A DNA stretch of 64,000 bases from the NCBI GenBank assembly GCA_964522405.1, contig CAZFTR010000001.1, positions 4,602 to 68,601 of the forward strand. Direction: 5' to 3'. A program made the position numbers and the translations under genes. This document shows positions 27,680-36,805 of the stretch, one piece after another. The notes below the pieces were generated by a model that saw only the letters and a list, made by a program, of their open reading frames with translations, was not told the origin of the DNA and did no database searches. This DNA is from an uncultured Gammaproteobacteria bacterium (lineage in GTDB: Bacteria > Patescibacteriota > Patescibacteriia > Magasanikbacterales > UBA922). Position 1 is the first letter of the stretch, and the number at the start of each line of letters is the position of its first letter.

Positions 27680-28141
27680 CTATCGCTTGCCGTACTTTTT
27701 ACGCAGGCTGCGACGCTCGATTTCGCGCTCCAGGAGATCCACCGCTTTTTTGGCTTCCTTGAGCCACCAGTGGCGGATGTCATGGATGTTGCCTTCTTTC
27801 AGGCACTTCCAGAGGAGCCAGAGCCAGTACTGGGTACCGTCTTCTTCGCCGTAGATCAGCGTTTCGAACGGTTCGGGGAGGTTGAAGCCCCCGTCCTTGT
27901 GCTCGGTCATCTCGAATCCCTTGTCGCCATTCTCAACTGCTGCGGCGACCAGGTCGACGAGTCTGTCCTCTCTGCGGTAGAGCTGTCTCTCCTCGCGCAT
28001 GACAGCGAGGAAATCAGTCCAGTCCTCCATGTACGCGGGGACGTAACTGAGGAACTGCTCACTCATCTCACCCACCCAGTGCTCGTGCCTATCAGCAACG
28101 AATTCCGTGTAGGAGAGATCCAAAAACTCTCTTCTATCCAT
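27680..28141 (-). CDS. GC-rich hypothetical protein (153 aa)
   Basis: Protein-like, Trp-rich acidic sequence. SD GGAG lies 7 nt before the ATG, and the 5' leader has a GC hairpin CCCCGGC-acggg-GCCGGGG at 28162-28180. About 57% GC. Confidence 0.55.
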   Translation of the reverse strand: MDRREFLDLSYTEFVADRHEHWVGEMSEQFLSYVPAYMEDWTDFLAVMREERQLYRREDRLVDLVAAAVENGDKGFEMTEHKDGGFNLPEPFETLIYGEEDGTQYWLWLLWKCLKEGNIHDIRHWWLKEAKKAVDLLEREIERRSLRKKYGKR

Positions 28142-28569
28142 CTAACACTCCGAAGCTACTGCCCCGGCCCCGTGCCGGGGAGCTCCGAGATCTCTCTCGG
28201 TTATATCTAGCAAATTTTGCAAAATATAATCGAGAGAGATTTTTGAGTTTTAAATGTCAGCTTTCAAATTATACAAACGAATTATATAATTTGGAACTGT
28301 CCCGAGGCTGAAGCTTCGGGTGAGTTTCTGGCGCTGTTGCGACCTGAGTCGCGAGGCGCAGTTGGTCTTGCTCTTAGAGTGTTGGGGGAGCTGATTGACC
28401 CTACCCCTTCTACTGATTTCGAACTTGTCGCACAGCCGGTTTTCTGGCTCTCTACCTACTCAATTGCCAACTCGTGGCATCCACATCTAGATTTCCCCGA
28501 AAGTTCAGAGAAACTCTCGGTCCACAGGAGCGGAGTTAAATCCGCATCTTCATCGATTAGAAATCGATG

Positions 28570-28872
28570 CTACTTGCTTCCCTCCTGGTGTTTCACCAGA
28601 CGTCGATGGACTTTCTCATCGGCGTAGTCCAGCTCGAGTCGGAGCATCGCGTCCTCGAAGGAGCTCAGCGCTTTCTCGACGCTGTCCGGCGTCGTCGTCT
28701 CGGTGGTGGTGATCGACTGGGAGATCGGATCGGCCCATGCATGGAGGATGCGCGTGGCACGTTTTCCGTACTTGTGGCGCGCGCCTTCGGGCATGTTGCG
28801 CATGACAGAGGTCAGTCGGTTCTCGAGCGCCTCGAGACGGACCTGGAAAAGATATTGCTCGCTTTTCTTCAT
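28570..28872 (-). CDS. GC-rich hypothetical protein (~100 aa; start ATG 28872 chosen by analogy to its paralogous leader, alternative GTG at 28893)
   Basis: A leader paralogous to the 153-aa gene: hairpin CCCTGGt-aaagg-GCCAGGG, then gcagtRgcttYggag, then 7-9 nt, then ATG. Confidence 0.45.
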   Translation of the reverse strand: MKKSEQYLFQVRLEALENRLTSVMRNMPEGARHKYGKRATRILHAWADPISQSITTTETTTPDSVEKALSSFEDAMLRLELDYADEKVHRRLVKHQEGSK

Positions 28873-29111
28873 CTTTCTTTTCTCCAAAGCCACTGCCCTG
28901 GCCCTTTACCAGGGAGCCCAAGAGATTTCCCTTGGTTAAGCGAAAAAAGCAGATAACCGCTTAAATTAGGCAAAAGCCTAAATTTTCGCTAAATCAAGGG
29001 AAATTTCAGTGAATTGTCAATAACGGCTAACAATTAATTATAGCAGGTTTTGACGGTTTTGTCAATGAGTGGTAAAATTAGATAACGACTTCAAAAATTA
29101 ACTAAAAAATT

Positions 29112-30596
29112 ATGATTAAATACACAAATGCTCCGGAATTGACCAAAAATACTGAATTTTTGATTGTTCCTGTACTTGAGGAGAAAGGTTTAGATGCTTG
29201 GACCAAGAAATTAGACCAGGAATATGGTGGACTTTTATCAAAAGCCATTGATACAGAAGAATTTGAATCAAAAAAGCTGCAAACTGTTCTACTTTTTACT
29301 TCAAATGAAAAAACTACCTATATTCTACTAGTTGGTTTGGGAGAAAAAAAGAATTTGAATATTGAAACCTGGAAACGGGTAGTTGGTGTGGGTGTTATAG
29401 CAGCACAAAGCAAAAAACAAACTAAACTTGGGCTTTATGTTTCTTCTAAGATCTTGAAAGTTTTTGATAGTAAACATCTGGCACAAGAAACAGTTGTTGC
29501 TGTTGAAACTGCTAATTATGCTTTTGATAATTACAAAGAAGAAAAAGCAAAAGTAAAATCAATTGAAAGTTTTGAATTGTTGGGAAGTTTTAGTTCTTCT
29601 GAGCAAAAAGCAATTGAAAAAGGAATTAGTGATGGGCAGGTAATTGGTCAATCAGTTAACACAGCTAGAACTCTTGGAAATACATCCCCTTCAGAAATGT
29701 TTCCAGAACAGCTTGCCAAAGAAGCTGAGAAAATCGCCAAAGTAGTTCCAGGATTAAAAACCAAGGTTTTAAATCAAACAGAAATTGAAAAATTAAAAAT
29801 GGGTTCTTTTCTTGGTGTTGCTAGTGGATCACAACATGAACCGAAATTTATAATTATGGAGTATTGGGGAGCTGCAAAATCTCAGAAACCAACTGTCCTG
29901 GTTGGAAAAGGAATCACTTTTGATTCTGGTGGGCTGTCAATCAAGACTGGAAACTATATGTGTGATATGAAGTTTGATATGCTTGGCGCTGCAACTGCCA
30001 TTGCTACTATTGCTGCTGCTGCCAGACTTAAACTAAAGAAAAATATTATTACTCTTGCTCCAACTTGTGAAAATATGCCGGGCGGAGATGCTTATCGACC
30101 AGATGACATTCTTACTGCCATGAACGGAAAAACTATTGAAGTAAAAAATACAGATGCAGAAGGAAGACTTATACTTGCAGACGCATTGTGCTATGCTAGT
30201 AAATATCAGCCAAAAGAAGTTATAGATTTTGCAACGCTTACTGGAAGTTGTATGGCTGCGCTTGGTCTTGAAAGAAATGGTTTGTTTTCTCCTGAGCAAA
30301 AAATCGCAGATAAAATACTTGAGAGTAGCAAGGCAGTAGGTGAGCAACATTGGCAACTTCCGCTTGGAGAAGAATATAGCGAGTCTATGAAGAGTGAAAT
30401 TGCAGATATTTCAAATATAAGCAGTATTAGATATGGTGGAGCAAGCACTGCCGCTGCGTTTCTGCAATTTTTTACAGATTATGCCTGGGCTCATATAGAT
30501 CTTTCTGCAAGTTACCACAAAGGAAAAGGAAAACCATGGATCAGACATGGGGCAAATGGATCTGCGGTTCAGACTATGGTTGAGTATTTGAGGTAA
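29112..30596 (+). CDS. pepA: leucyl aminopeptidase (peptidase M17)
   Basis: M17 signature NTDAEGRL and metal-binding residues conserved. Confidence 0.9.
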   Translation: MIKYTNAPELTKNTEFLIVPVLEEKGLDAWTKKLDQEYGGLLSKAIDTEEFESKKLQTVLLFTSNEKTTYILLVGLGEKKNLNIETWKRVVGVGVIAAQSKKQTKLGLYVSSKILKVFDSKHLAQETVVAVETANYAFDNYKEEKAKVKSIESFELLGSFSSSEQKAIEKGISDGQVIGQSVNTARTLGNTSPSEMFPEQLAKEAEKIAKVVPGLKTKVLNQTEIEKLKMGSFLGVASGSQHEPKFIIMEYWGAAKSQKPTVLVGKGITFDSGGLSIKTGNYMCDMKFDMLGAATAIATIAAAARLKLKKNIITLAPTCENMPGGDAYRPDDILTAMNGKTIEVKNTDAEGRLILADALCYASKYQPKEVIDFATLTGSCMAALGLERNGLFSPEQKIADKILESSKAVGEQHWQLPLGEEYSESMKSEIADISNISSIRYGGASTAAAFLQFFTDYAWAHIDLSASYHKGKGKPWIRHGANGSAVQTMVEYLR

Positions 30597-30625
30597 GTAG
30601 GGATCGCTTACGCGTTTATTAGGCT

Positions 30626-30670
30626 GGCTTGGGGTATTCGGATTTACGGATGATTCAGATAATACGGATC
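30626..30670 (+). repeat. copy a of a second dispersed intergenic repeat family (modules GGCTTGGGGTATTCGGAT and GGATTTACGGAT..ACGGATC)
   Basis: Both modules recur at 56858-56943 in a different order. The region is noticeably more GC-rich than its surroundings. Confidence 0.6.
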
Positions 30671-30736
30671 GAACAATGTGTTGGTAAATCATTATTCACT
30701 TGTTAATTATTAATTGTTAGTTGCTAGTTAAGTAGT

Positions 30737-31315
30737 ATGATTTCATACATCACCGGAAAAATACTTTCAAAAAGTAAAGTCAGTGCTGTTGTTTTGACAA
30801 CTGGCGGAGTTGGCTATGAAATTGGCCTTACAACACTTCAACTTTCTGGAATTTCAGAGGGACAAGAGATAGGTTTTTTTGCATATTTGAAAGTAAGTGA
30901 CAGTAGTCTTGATTTGTATGGATTTGAGTCAGCAGAGGAGAGAGAATTTTTCACATTGCTTCTTTCAGTTTCAGGAGTCGGACCAAAAAGCGCCATGAAT
31001 ATTCTAGGACTTGGCTCAATAGATCAGATCAAAGATGCAATAGCTCGCCAAGATGTAAAATACCTAACAGCAGTACAGGGAATGGGAAAGAAAACAGCAG
31101 AGCGAATGGTAGTAGAATTAAAATCTAAGATTGCCAAACAAGTTACGCAAGTTAGTGAAGAAAAAAATGGCGGTGTGTTAGGTGATGTGGTAGAAGGATT
31201 GGTTTCACTTGGTTATAGTCGGGATGACGCAAGAGAGGTTGCTCAGAAATTGGATAGTACAGGGAAGACAAGTGAAGATCTGCTACGTATCGCCTTGCGG
31301 ATGATGAGTAAATAG
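30737..31315 (+). CDS. ruvA: Holliday junction branch-migration protein RuvA
   Basis: N-terminal MISYITGKL...GVGYEI and a helix-hairpin-helix region (GVGPKSAMNIL) match RuvA. 192 aa. Confidence 0.85.
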   Translation: MISYITGKILSKSKVSAVVLTTGGVGYEIGLTTLQLSGISEGQEIGFFAYLKVSDSSLDLYGFESAEEREFFTLLLSVSGVGPKSAMNILGLGSIDQIKDAIARQDVKYLTAVQGMGKKTAERMVVELKSKIAKQVTQVSEEKNGGVLGDVVEGLVSLGYSRDDAREVAQKLDSTGKTSEDLLRIALRMMSK

Positions 31316-31324
31316 GAACTAAAA

Positions 31325-31541
31325 TAAATAAAAAATCGGTGTTGAGCCGATTTTTTTATTTATGGGTATTTTAAAATAATTGGGTATGTCGCTTCACATC
31401 CCCGAGCCAAAGTACAGAGTGGTTAGTTCAGCTCTCGCCATTAATGCGCGGTACTGGCGAAAGACCTACGCATCTTCAATAAGGACACACTCTCCTCCTG
31501 AATAGGAGCCGAAGCACCTTCCCATAAAGATGTGAAGCGAC
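31325..31541 (-). ncRNA. candidate small RNA (~215 nt) with its own promoter, a 13-bp closing helix and an intrinsic terminator
   Basis: Minus-strand promoter TTGACG(31576-31571)-17nt-TAACAT(31553-31548), TSS near 31541. A 13-bp closing helix pairs GUCGCUUCACAUC with GAUGUGAAGCGAC (31529-31541 / 31388-31400) around a GC-rich ~130-nt core containing a GCUUCGGC hairpin. It ends at terminator tcggctcaacaccga plus a T-run (31336-31350; this hairpin also terminates ruvA). No ORF. Confidence 0.5.
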
Positions 31542-31595
31542 AGGAGTATGTTAGCACTTTGGTTTTTTGGCGTCAAAAAAGTGAGAAAAAGTTTC

Positions 31596-31805
31596 CTATT
31601 TTGTTTTGAGTAAATTATAAATGGCTGCGATTATAAAAACTAACTGGAGAATAATAAAGATTAGATCTCCAATATAAATACTATATATTTCTAAACAGAG
31701 ACCGCCAATTATATAAAGAATATTCTGATTTTTTCTTTTTTTGGTAATTATTCCTATGGAGATAAGCAATAATCCGATTGCTCCGATAATTTTGAAGATG
31801 CTCAT
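31596..31805 (-). CDS. small membrane protein (69 aa)
   Basis: Two hydrophobic helices. 4-nt overlap with the upstream ORF in a minus-strand operon with mutM. Confidence 0.4.
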   Translation of the reverse strand: MSIFKIIGAIGLLLISIGIITKKRKNQNILYIIGGLCLEIYSIYIGDLIFIILQLVFIIAAIYNLLKTK

Positions 31806-32056
31806 AAAGACTTCTTATTTTTTTTATAAATTCTTCTTGTGTTGTAGAGAACAGCCACAAGAAACCAACCCAGTAAGGCAAATAATGAAGCTAGTATGAT
31901 TTGAAATAGGGCTAAACTTAATTTTGCATCTGGAGCATCCATCATAAAGGGTACTTGAAAAATAACCGCAAGCACAAAAAGTGGTAAAAGATATAGAATA
32001 AATTTAAAACTTTTTCTTAAGATTTTTCTTTTGTAGGTTTTTAAGGTTTTAAGCAT
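31802..32056 (-). CDS. small membrane protein (84 aa)
   Basis: Two TM helices. Immediately downstream of mutM on the same strand. Confidence 0.45.
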   Translation of the reverse strand: MLKTLKTYKRKILRKSFKFILYLLPLFVLAVIFQVPFMMDAPDAKLSLALFQIILASLFALLGWFLVAVLYNTRRIYKKNKKSL

Positions 32057-32087
32057 AAATTAAGGATATATTAAAAATATTTAAGAA

Positions 32088-32909
32088 TTATTTTTGACAA
32101 GTTGAGCAATAGAAACTAGATCTACCATTTTGTTTTACTCTCTCTATTGCCCCGGAACAATTTAAACAATTTTGAGAGTCTCTGCCATAGACTTTAAATG
32201 TTTGTTGGAATTCTCCAACGTCACCATTGAGTTGCACATAGTCTCGCAGTGTTGAACCGCCCAGCTTAATGGCCTTTTTGAGAATTTTTTTGATATTTTT
32301 TACTAATAATTTTACCTCTTGCGGCTCTAGAGAGTTTGCCGGTCTTAGAGGTGATATTTTGCTTTCAAACAAGGATTCATTTATATAAATATTACCAACA
32401 CCAACGACGATTTTATTATCCATCATGGCTGTTTTGATGTTGATTGATTTCCCGGAGATTTTTTTGGATAGGTATGCACTGTTAAATTTTTGGCTAAGAG
32501 GTTCAGGTCCTAATTCTCTGAGCATTTTATGCTCTGCAATTTGATTTGCAGGTAGTAGATCAATTAAGCCAAATCTGCGAACATCATTGTAGATTAAGCA
32601 ACTATGGTCATTAAATTTAACTACAAAGTGGTCATGTTTATTTAGTTGGTTAGGTGGATTTTTTAAATAAATTAATTTTCCAGTCATTCCCAGATGGATG
32701 AGTAGGGTTTGGGCATTATCAAAATCAATCAAGATATAACGAGCCCTTCTGCTGATCGCTTTTATCCTTTGTTTTTTCAAAATTTGAAGATTTTTAGGGT
32801 AGGGAAGCCTTAGTCTTTTGCCTGAAATTGAAATCTCGACAATTTTTTGGTTTGGAATATATTTTTTCAGGCCGGCGACAATGGTTTGTACTTCAGGGAG
32901 TTCGGGCAT
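32088..32909 (-). CDS. mutM: formamidopyrimidine-DNA glycosylase
   Basis: N-terminal MPELPEV with catalytic Pro2, helix-two-turn-helix, and a C-terminal zinc finger CLNC...CSTC. Confidence 0.9.
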   Translation of the reverse strand: MPELPEVQTIVAGLKKYIPNQKIVEISISGKRLRLPYPKNLQILKKQRIKAISRRARYILIDFDNAQTLLIHLGMTGKLIYLKNPPNQLNKHDHFVVKFNDHSCLIYNDVRRFGLIDLLPANQIAEHKMLRELGPEPLSQKFNSAYLSKKISGKSINIKTAMMDNKIVVGVGNIYINESLFESKISPLRPANSLEPQEVKLLVKNIKKILKKAIKLGGSTLRDYVQLNGDVGEFQQTFKVYGRDSQNCLNCSGAIERVKQNGRSSFYCSTCQK

Positions 32910-33185
32910 AGGGGGAGGGGGATGGGAGGGTTTAAGTATGTGTGAAATTTGGGAGAGTGCGAATTAGCGAATTATATATATTTTAATAGGTTAATAAAAT
33001 TTGGCCTATTTCACATAACGTTAGGGATATACGAAGTTTTTCTGCAGCGTAGCGGAAGAAAAATTTGGGTGAAGCCCGAGCCGAGGGCTGAACCGTATAT
33101 CCCTTGTTATGTGCCCCGACGACTGAAAGGAGGAGAGCGCAGCGTGGTTCGACCGAAGGGAGAAAGTCCGCCGTAGCCCACCGTC

Positions 33186-33833
33186 CTATTCGCAATTATT
33201 ATGCAACTTCCACATTTCTGGATCGTGTCCTTCAGGGATATTCTCGCATGGATTGCCAGAGGTATACCCTCTCAATTCATTATATTGTTCTACTTGCTGG
33301 GGCGTAAGAATTTCAACCATAGACAAGTGATATTTCAAATGAACAAACCTCAATTGACCATACAACTCAGCACTTTCTTTAACTTTTTCTTGAAGAAATG
33401 CGTTTGTAATTGTTTTAGTTGTGAATGAATCATCAATTTCTTTTTCAATATCTATAATTTTTTCACCAAGATCAATGGCTTCGGAACGCATTTCTTCATA
33501 AAGTGCTTCAATTTGTTTATGTTGTTCATTTGCTAGTTGAAATTCTCCTCCATCATACGCATCCAAAACATGACGAGGGCCAGGGTATCCGTTAAGTTCG
33601 GCAGGTTTTGCCATTCCTCCGAAAGGAGTTCCAGCCCCAGCAAGTAGTCCCTCAATATCATTTTGAGAAAGTGATTTTATACCTCTGGCTTCTTGTCCTG
33701 CATAAGGTGAATGTACTGCACTTTCGTCAGAAGTTTGAGAAGTACTTTTATGCTGTTGCGAGAATATCCCTACAACTACAGCGATAAGAATAACTCCAAT
33801 AATAATTGCGAATTTTTTATTAAACTTTTTCAT
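33186..33833 (-). CDS. secreted protein with an LTXXQ motif (Spy/CpxP-like periplasmic family)
   Basis: Signal peptide MKKFNKKFAIIIGVILIAVVVGIF, plus LTPQQVEQYNELRG and LSQNDIEGLLAG motifs. Confidence 0.5.
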   Translation of the reverse strand: MKKFNKKFAIIIGVILIAVVVGIFSQQHKSTSQTSDESAVHSPYAGQEARGIKSLSQNDIEGLLAGAGTPFGGMAKPAELNGYPGPRHVLDAYDGGEFQLANEQHKQIEALYEEMRSEAIDLGEKIIDIEKEIDDSFTTKTITNAFLQEKVKESAELYGQLRFVHLKYHLSMVEILTPQQVEQYNELRGYTSGNPCENIPEGHDPEMWKLHNNCE

Positions 33834-34086
33834 AATGATTAGCTAAATTATAAATGATTTAAAAGTTTTCCGCTAAAGGCGGGCGGAGGCGAATTGCACA
33901 TAACTAGCATTTATAGGAACAGTTTACCAAATAACAACAGAAATTGGTATGTTATGCGAACTGTCATCTGCAAATTAGCTCACCTCTAAATAATACCACC
34001 CATCCCTCATCCCATCAAATAAAAAACAAGCCCCCTCTCACAGGCCTGTTTTTATTGTTCATTGTTTATTGGTCACTGGTCATTGA

Positions 34087-36582
34087 TCAAAGCAAAGCAA
34101 TACTCGCCACCTTATCCCCCTCAACCTTAAATCTCATCATTCTCACTCCTTGAGTAGCTCGACCAAGCGTGGAAACACTCTTCAGCGGTGTTCTTACCAC
34201 TTGCCCGTTTACAGAAATCATCATCAGGTCTTGCTCTTCTGTATTGTTGATTACTCTGGCACCAATTATCTCTCCGGTTTTGCTGGTAATTGACATGGTC
34301 TTAATTCCGCTTCCTCCGCGACCTTGTACTTTATACTCTTTCAAGGCCGTGCGTTTTCCTAGTCCGTTTTCTGAAACCACTAGAAGTTCAAATACTTTTT
34401 TGTTGATTAGATCTGGTTGGGCTATTCCCATTCCTACTATCTGATCTTTGGATTTTAGTCTGATTCCTCGAACTCCACTGGCTGTTCGTCCCATTGCTCT
34501 TACTCCTGATTCTTTGAAGCGAATTGCTTGGCCCAGTTTGGTAATCAGCACTATATCGTCTTTCCCTGCTGATGGGCGAACCCATTCCAGATAATCGTCT
34601 TCTTTTAGTTTTAGAGCAATCAATCCTGATCTCCGCACATTTCCAAAGTCTTCTATTTTTGTTTTCTTGATGGTTCCTTTGTTGGTTACCATGACCAGGA
34701 ATTTGTATTTGCTCATATCATCCATGGAGAGTATGGCTGATACTTTTTCATTTGGTGCCAATTGCAAGAAATTTACCAGTGCTTGTCCTTTTGCTGTTCT
34801 GCTGGTTTGTGGTATTTCATAAGCTCGCAGCAAAAATACTCGTCCTCTGGTGGTAAAGAATAGCAAATTGTCATGAGTATTGGTTGAGATCAAGTGTTCT
34901 ACCACATCTTCTTCTTTGGTGGTTAGCCCCATAACACCTTTTCCACCTCTTCCTTGGGTTTTGAAGGTGTCTGTGGGCATTCTTTTGATATATCCGTCTT
35001 TTGTTCCAAGGATTATAGTTGGTTCATTTGGTACCAGGTCTTCTACACTAAATTCTTTTACTCCGTGAGCTATGATTGCTGTGCGTCTTTCGTCTGCGTA
35101 TTTTTCTTTTATTCCAGCAATATCTTTTTTGATAATCCCTAATATTTTCTTTGGACTTTTGAGGATTGATTCTAGCTCTGCAATTAGTTTTTTCTTTTCT
35201 TTTAATTCATCATCTATTTTCTTTCTTTCCAAATTGGCCAGCTGTTGTAGCTTCATTTCAAGAATGGCAACTGTTTGTCGCTCTGTAAATTTGAATTTCT
35301 TCATCAAATTAGCTTTGGCCTCTTCTTTGTCTTTTGATTTTCTAATTGTATTGATCACCGCATCTATTTTGTCCAGTGCTTTTTTCAAGCCTTCAAGAAT
35401 ATGGGCGCGATCTTTTGCTTTGTTTAATTCAAACTCTGTTCTTCTCCTTATAACTTCTTGTCTGTGCTTGATATATTCTTCTAGTACTGTTTTTAAATTC
35501 AAAACTCTTGGTTGAATTCCATCAATCAGAGCCAGCATGTTGACATGAAATGTTGTTTGCAAGTCTGTTAATTTGAAAAGTCTATTTAGGATTTTTTTGG
35601 CGTATGCGTCTTTTTTTAGTTGGATTACTACCCGAACCCCTTCTTTGTTTGATTCATCACGTAGATCTTTTATTCCTTCTATTTTCTTTTCTTGTACTAG
35701 TGTGGCAATTTTCTCTAGAAGTTTTGATTTGTTTACTTGATAAGGAACTTCTGTCACTACAATTTGATAATATCCGGTTTTTAATTCCTGAATATCTGTT
35801 TTAGCGCGAACCACTATTCCTCCGCGTCCGGTGGCATATGCTGCGGCAATGTCTTTTTTATTATAAATAATTCCACCGGTAGGGAAGTCTGGTCCTTTTA
35901 CATGTTTTACCAGTTCATCAATGGTTGTTTTCGGATCTTCGATCAAGGCTGCAATTCCATCACAAAGTTCTCCAAGATTATGTGGAGGTATATTGGTGGC
36001 CATTCCAACTGCAATACCCATGCTTCCGTTGAGTAGAAGATTTGGAAGTTTACTTGGTAGTACTCTTGGTTCTTTTCCTGATCCATCATATGTTGGACCA
36101 TAATCCACTGTTTGTTTTTCTATGTCTAGAAGCATTTCTTCTGCTATTGCTTCCAGTTTTGCCTCTGTATAACGCATGGCAGCTGCTCGATCTCCGTCCA
36201 TTGAACCGAAGTTTCCTTGTCCTCGAACCAGGGTATTTCTCATGCTAAAGTATTGCGCCATTCTCACCATTGAGTCATAAATTGCAGCATCTCCATGAGG
36301 ATGGTATTTTGCCATTACTTCACCTACTACATGAGCTGATTTGCGGAATTTTGAATTATGTTTAAGGCCGATACTCCACATAGCATAGAGGATTCTTCTG
36401 TGAACCGGTTTGAGTCCATCTCGAACGTCTGGTAATGCGCGTGATACTATTACACTCATTGCATAATCAAGATAGGATGTTTGCATTTCATCTACCAGAC
36501 TAATTGGTTCTACTTTTCCAATTGACCCCATTTCTGCAACTTCTTCTCCCTTTTTTGGAGTTTTGATCTTTTTCAATGCCAT
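34087..36582 (-). CDS. gyrA: DNA gyrase subunit A
   Basis: AAAMRYTE active-site Tyr region, KYHPHGD, and a GyrA-box-like QGRGGKG in the C-terminal beta-pinwheel. 831 aa. Confidence 0.9.
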   Translation of the reverse strand: MALKKIKTPKKGEEVAEMGSIGKVEPISLVDEMQTSYLDYAMSVIVSRALPDVRDGLKPVHRRILYAMWSIGLKHNSKFRKSAHVVGEVMAKYHPHGDAAIYDSMVRMAQYFSMRNTLVRGQGNFGSMDGDRAAAMRYTEAKLEAIAEEMLLDIEKQTVDYGPTYDGSGKEPRVLPSKLPNLLLNGSMGIAVGMATNIPPHNLGELCDGIAALIEDPKTTIDELVKHVKGPDFPTGGIIYNKKDIAAAYATGRGGIVVRAKTDIQELKTGYYQIVVTEVPYQVNKSKLLEKIATLVQEKKIEGIKDLRDESNKEGVRVVIQLKKDAYAKKILNRLFKLTDLQTTFHVNMLALIDGIQPRVLNLKTVLEEYIKHRQEVIRRRTEFELNKAKDRAHILEGLKKALDKIDAVINTIRKSKDKEEAKANLMKKFKFTERQTVAILEMKLQQLANLERKKIDDELKEKKKLIAELESILKSPKKILGIIKKDIAGIKEKYADERRTAIIAHGVKEFSVEDLVPNEPTIILGTKDGYIKRMPTDTFKTQGRGGKGVMGLTTKEEDVVEHLISTNTHDNLLFFTTRGRVFLLRAYEIPQTSRTAKGQALVNFLQLAPNEKVSAILSMDDMSKYKFLVMVTNKGTIKKTKIEDFGNVRRSGLIALKLKEDDYLEWVRPSAGKDDIVLITKLGQAIRFKESGVRAMGRTASGVRGIRLKSKDQIVGMGIAQPDLINKKVFELLVVSENGLGKRTALKEYKVQGRGGSGIKTMSITSKTGEIIGARVINNTEEQDLMMISVNGQVVRTPLKSVSTLGRATQGVRMMRFKVEGDKVASIALL

Positions 36583-36643
36583 ATATGTTTTTATATTTAT
36601 TTCTTCTTTGGTTATAATTTTAGAGTATATTTTATTAAACTAG

Positions 36644-36712
36644 CTTCGCCGTCCTCGCCTCTCTTGTTGATTTGCTTTCAGCATCAACAAGGTGGCTGTG
36701 GATTGTCTCATC
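36644..36712 (+). repeat. copy 2 of the ~70-nt conserved intergenic element
   Basis: gcttcgccgtcctcgcctct-CTTGTTGAT-ttgctttcagc-ATCAACAAG-gtggctgtggattgtctcatc. The stem carries compensatory changes relative to copy 1. Confidence 0.6.
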
Positions 36713-36805
36713 TACTTTAATAAAATATACTCTAAAATTATAACAACTGATTTCAATAAAAAGGGATCTTATTAGAATCATCCCGCCTATATTGTAGTTT
36801 GTAAA

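Noticed and set aside
27403-28210. Plus-strand ORFs 27403-27762 and 27770-28210 in the GC-rich block
   Set aside because: No SD and odd composition. The second is antisense to a better-supported minus-strand gene. I treat 27100-27680 as non-coding.
28337-28956. Overlapping ORFs 28337-28627 (+), 28567-28956 (+) and 28616-28921 (-)
   Set aside because: They are alternate frames or strands of the same GC-rich segment. Only the 28570-28872/28893 minus frame has an SD, a paralogous leader and a plausible sequence.
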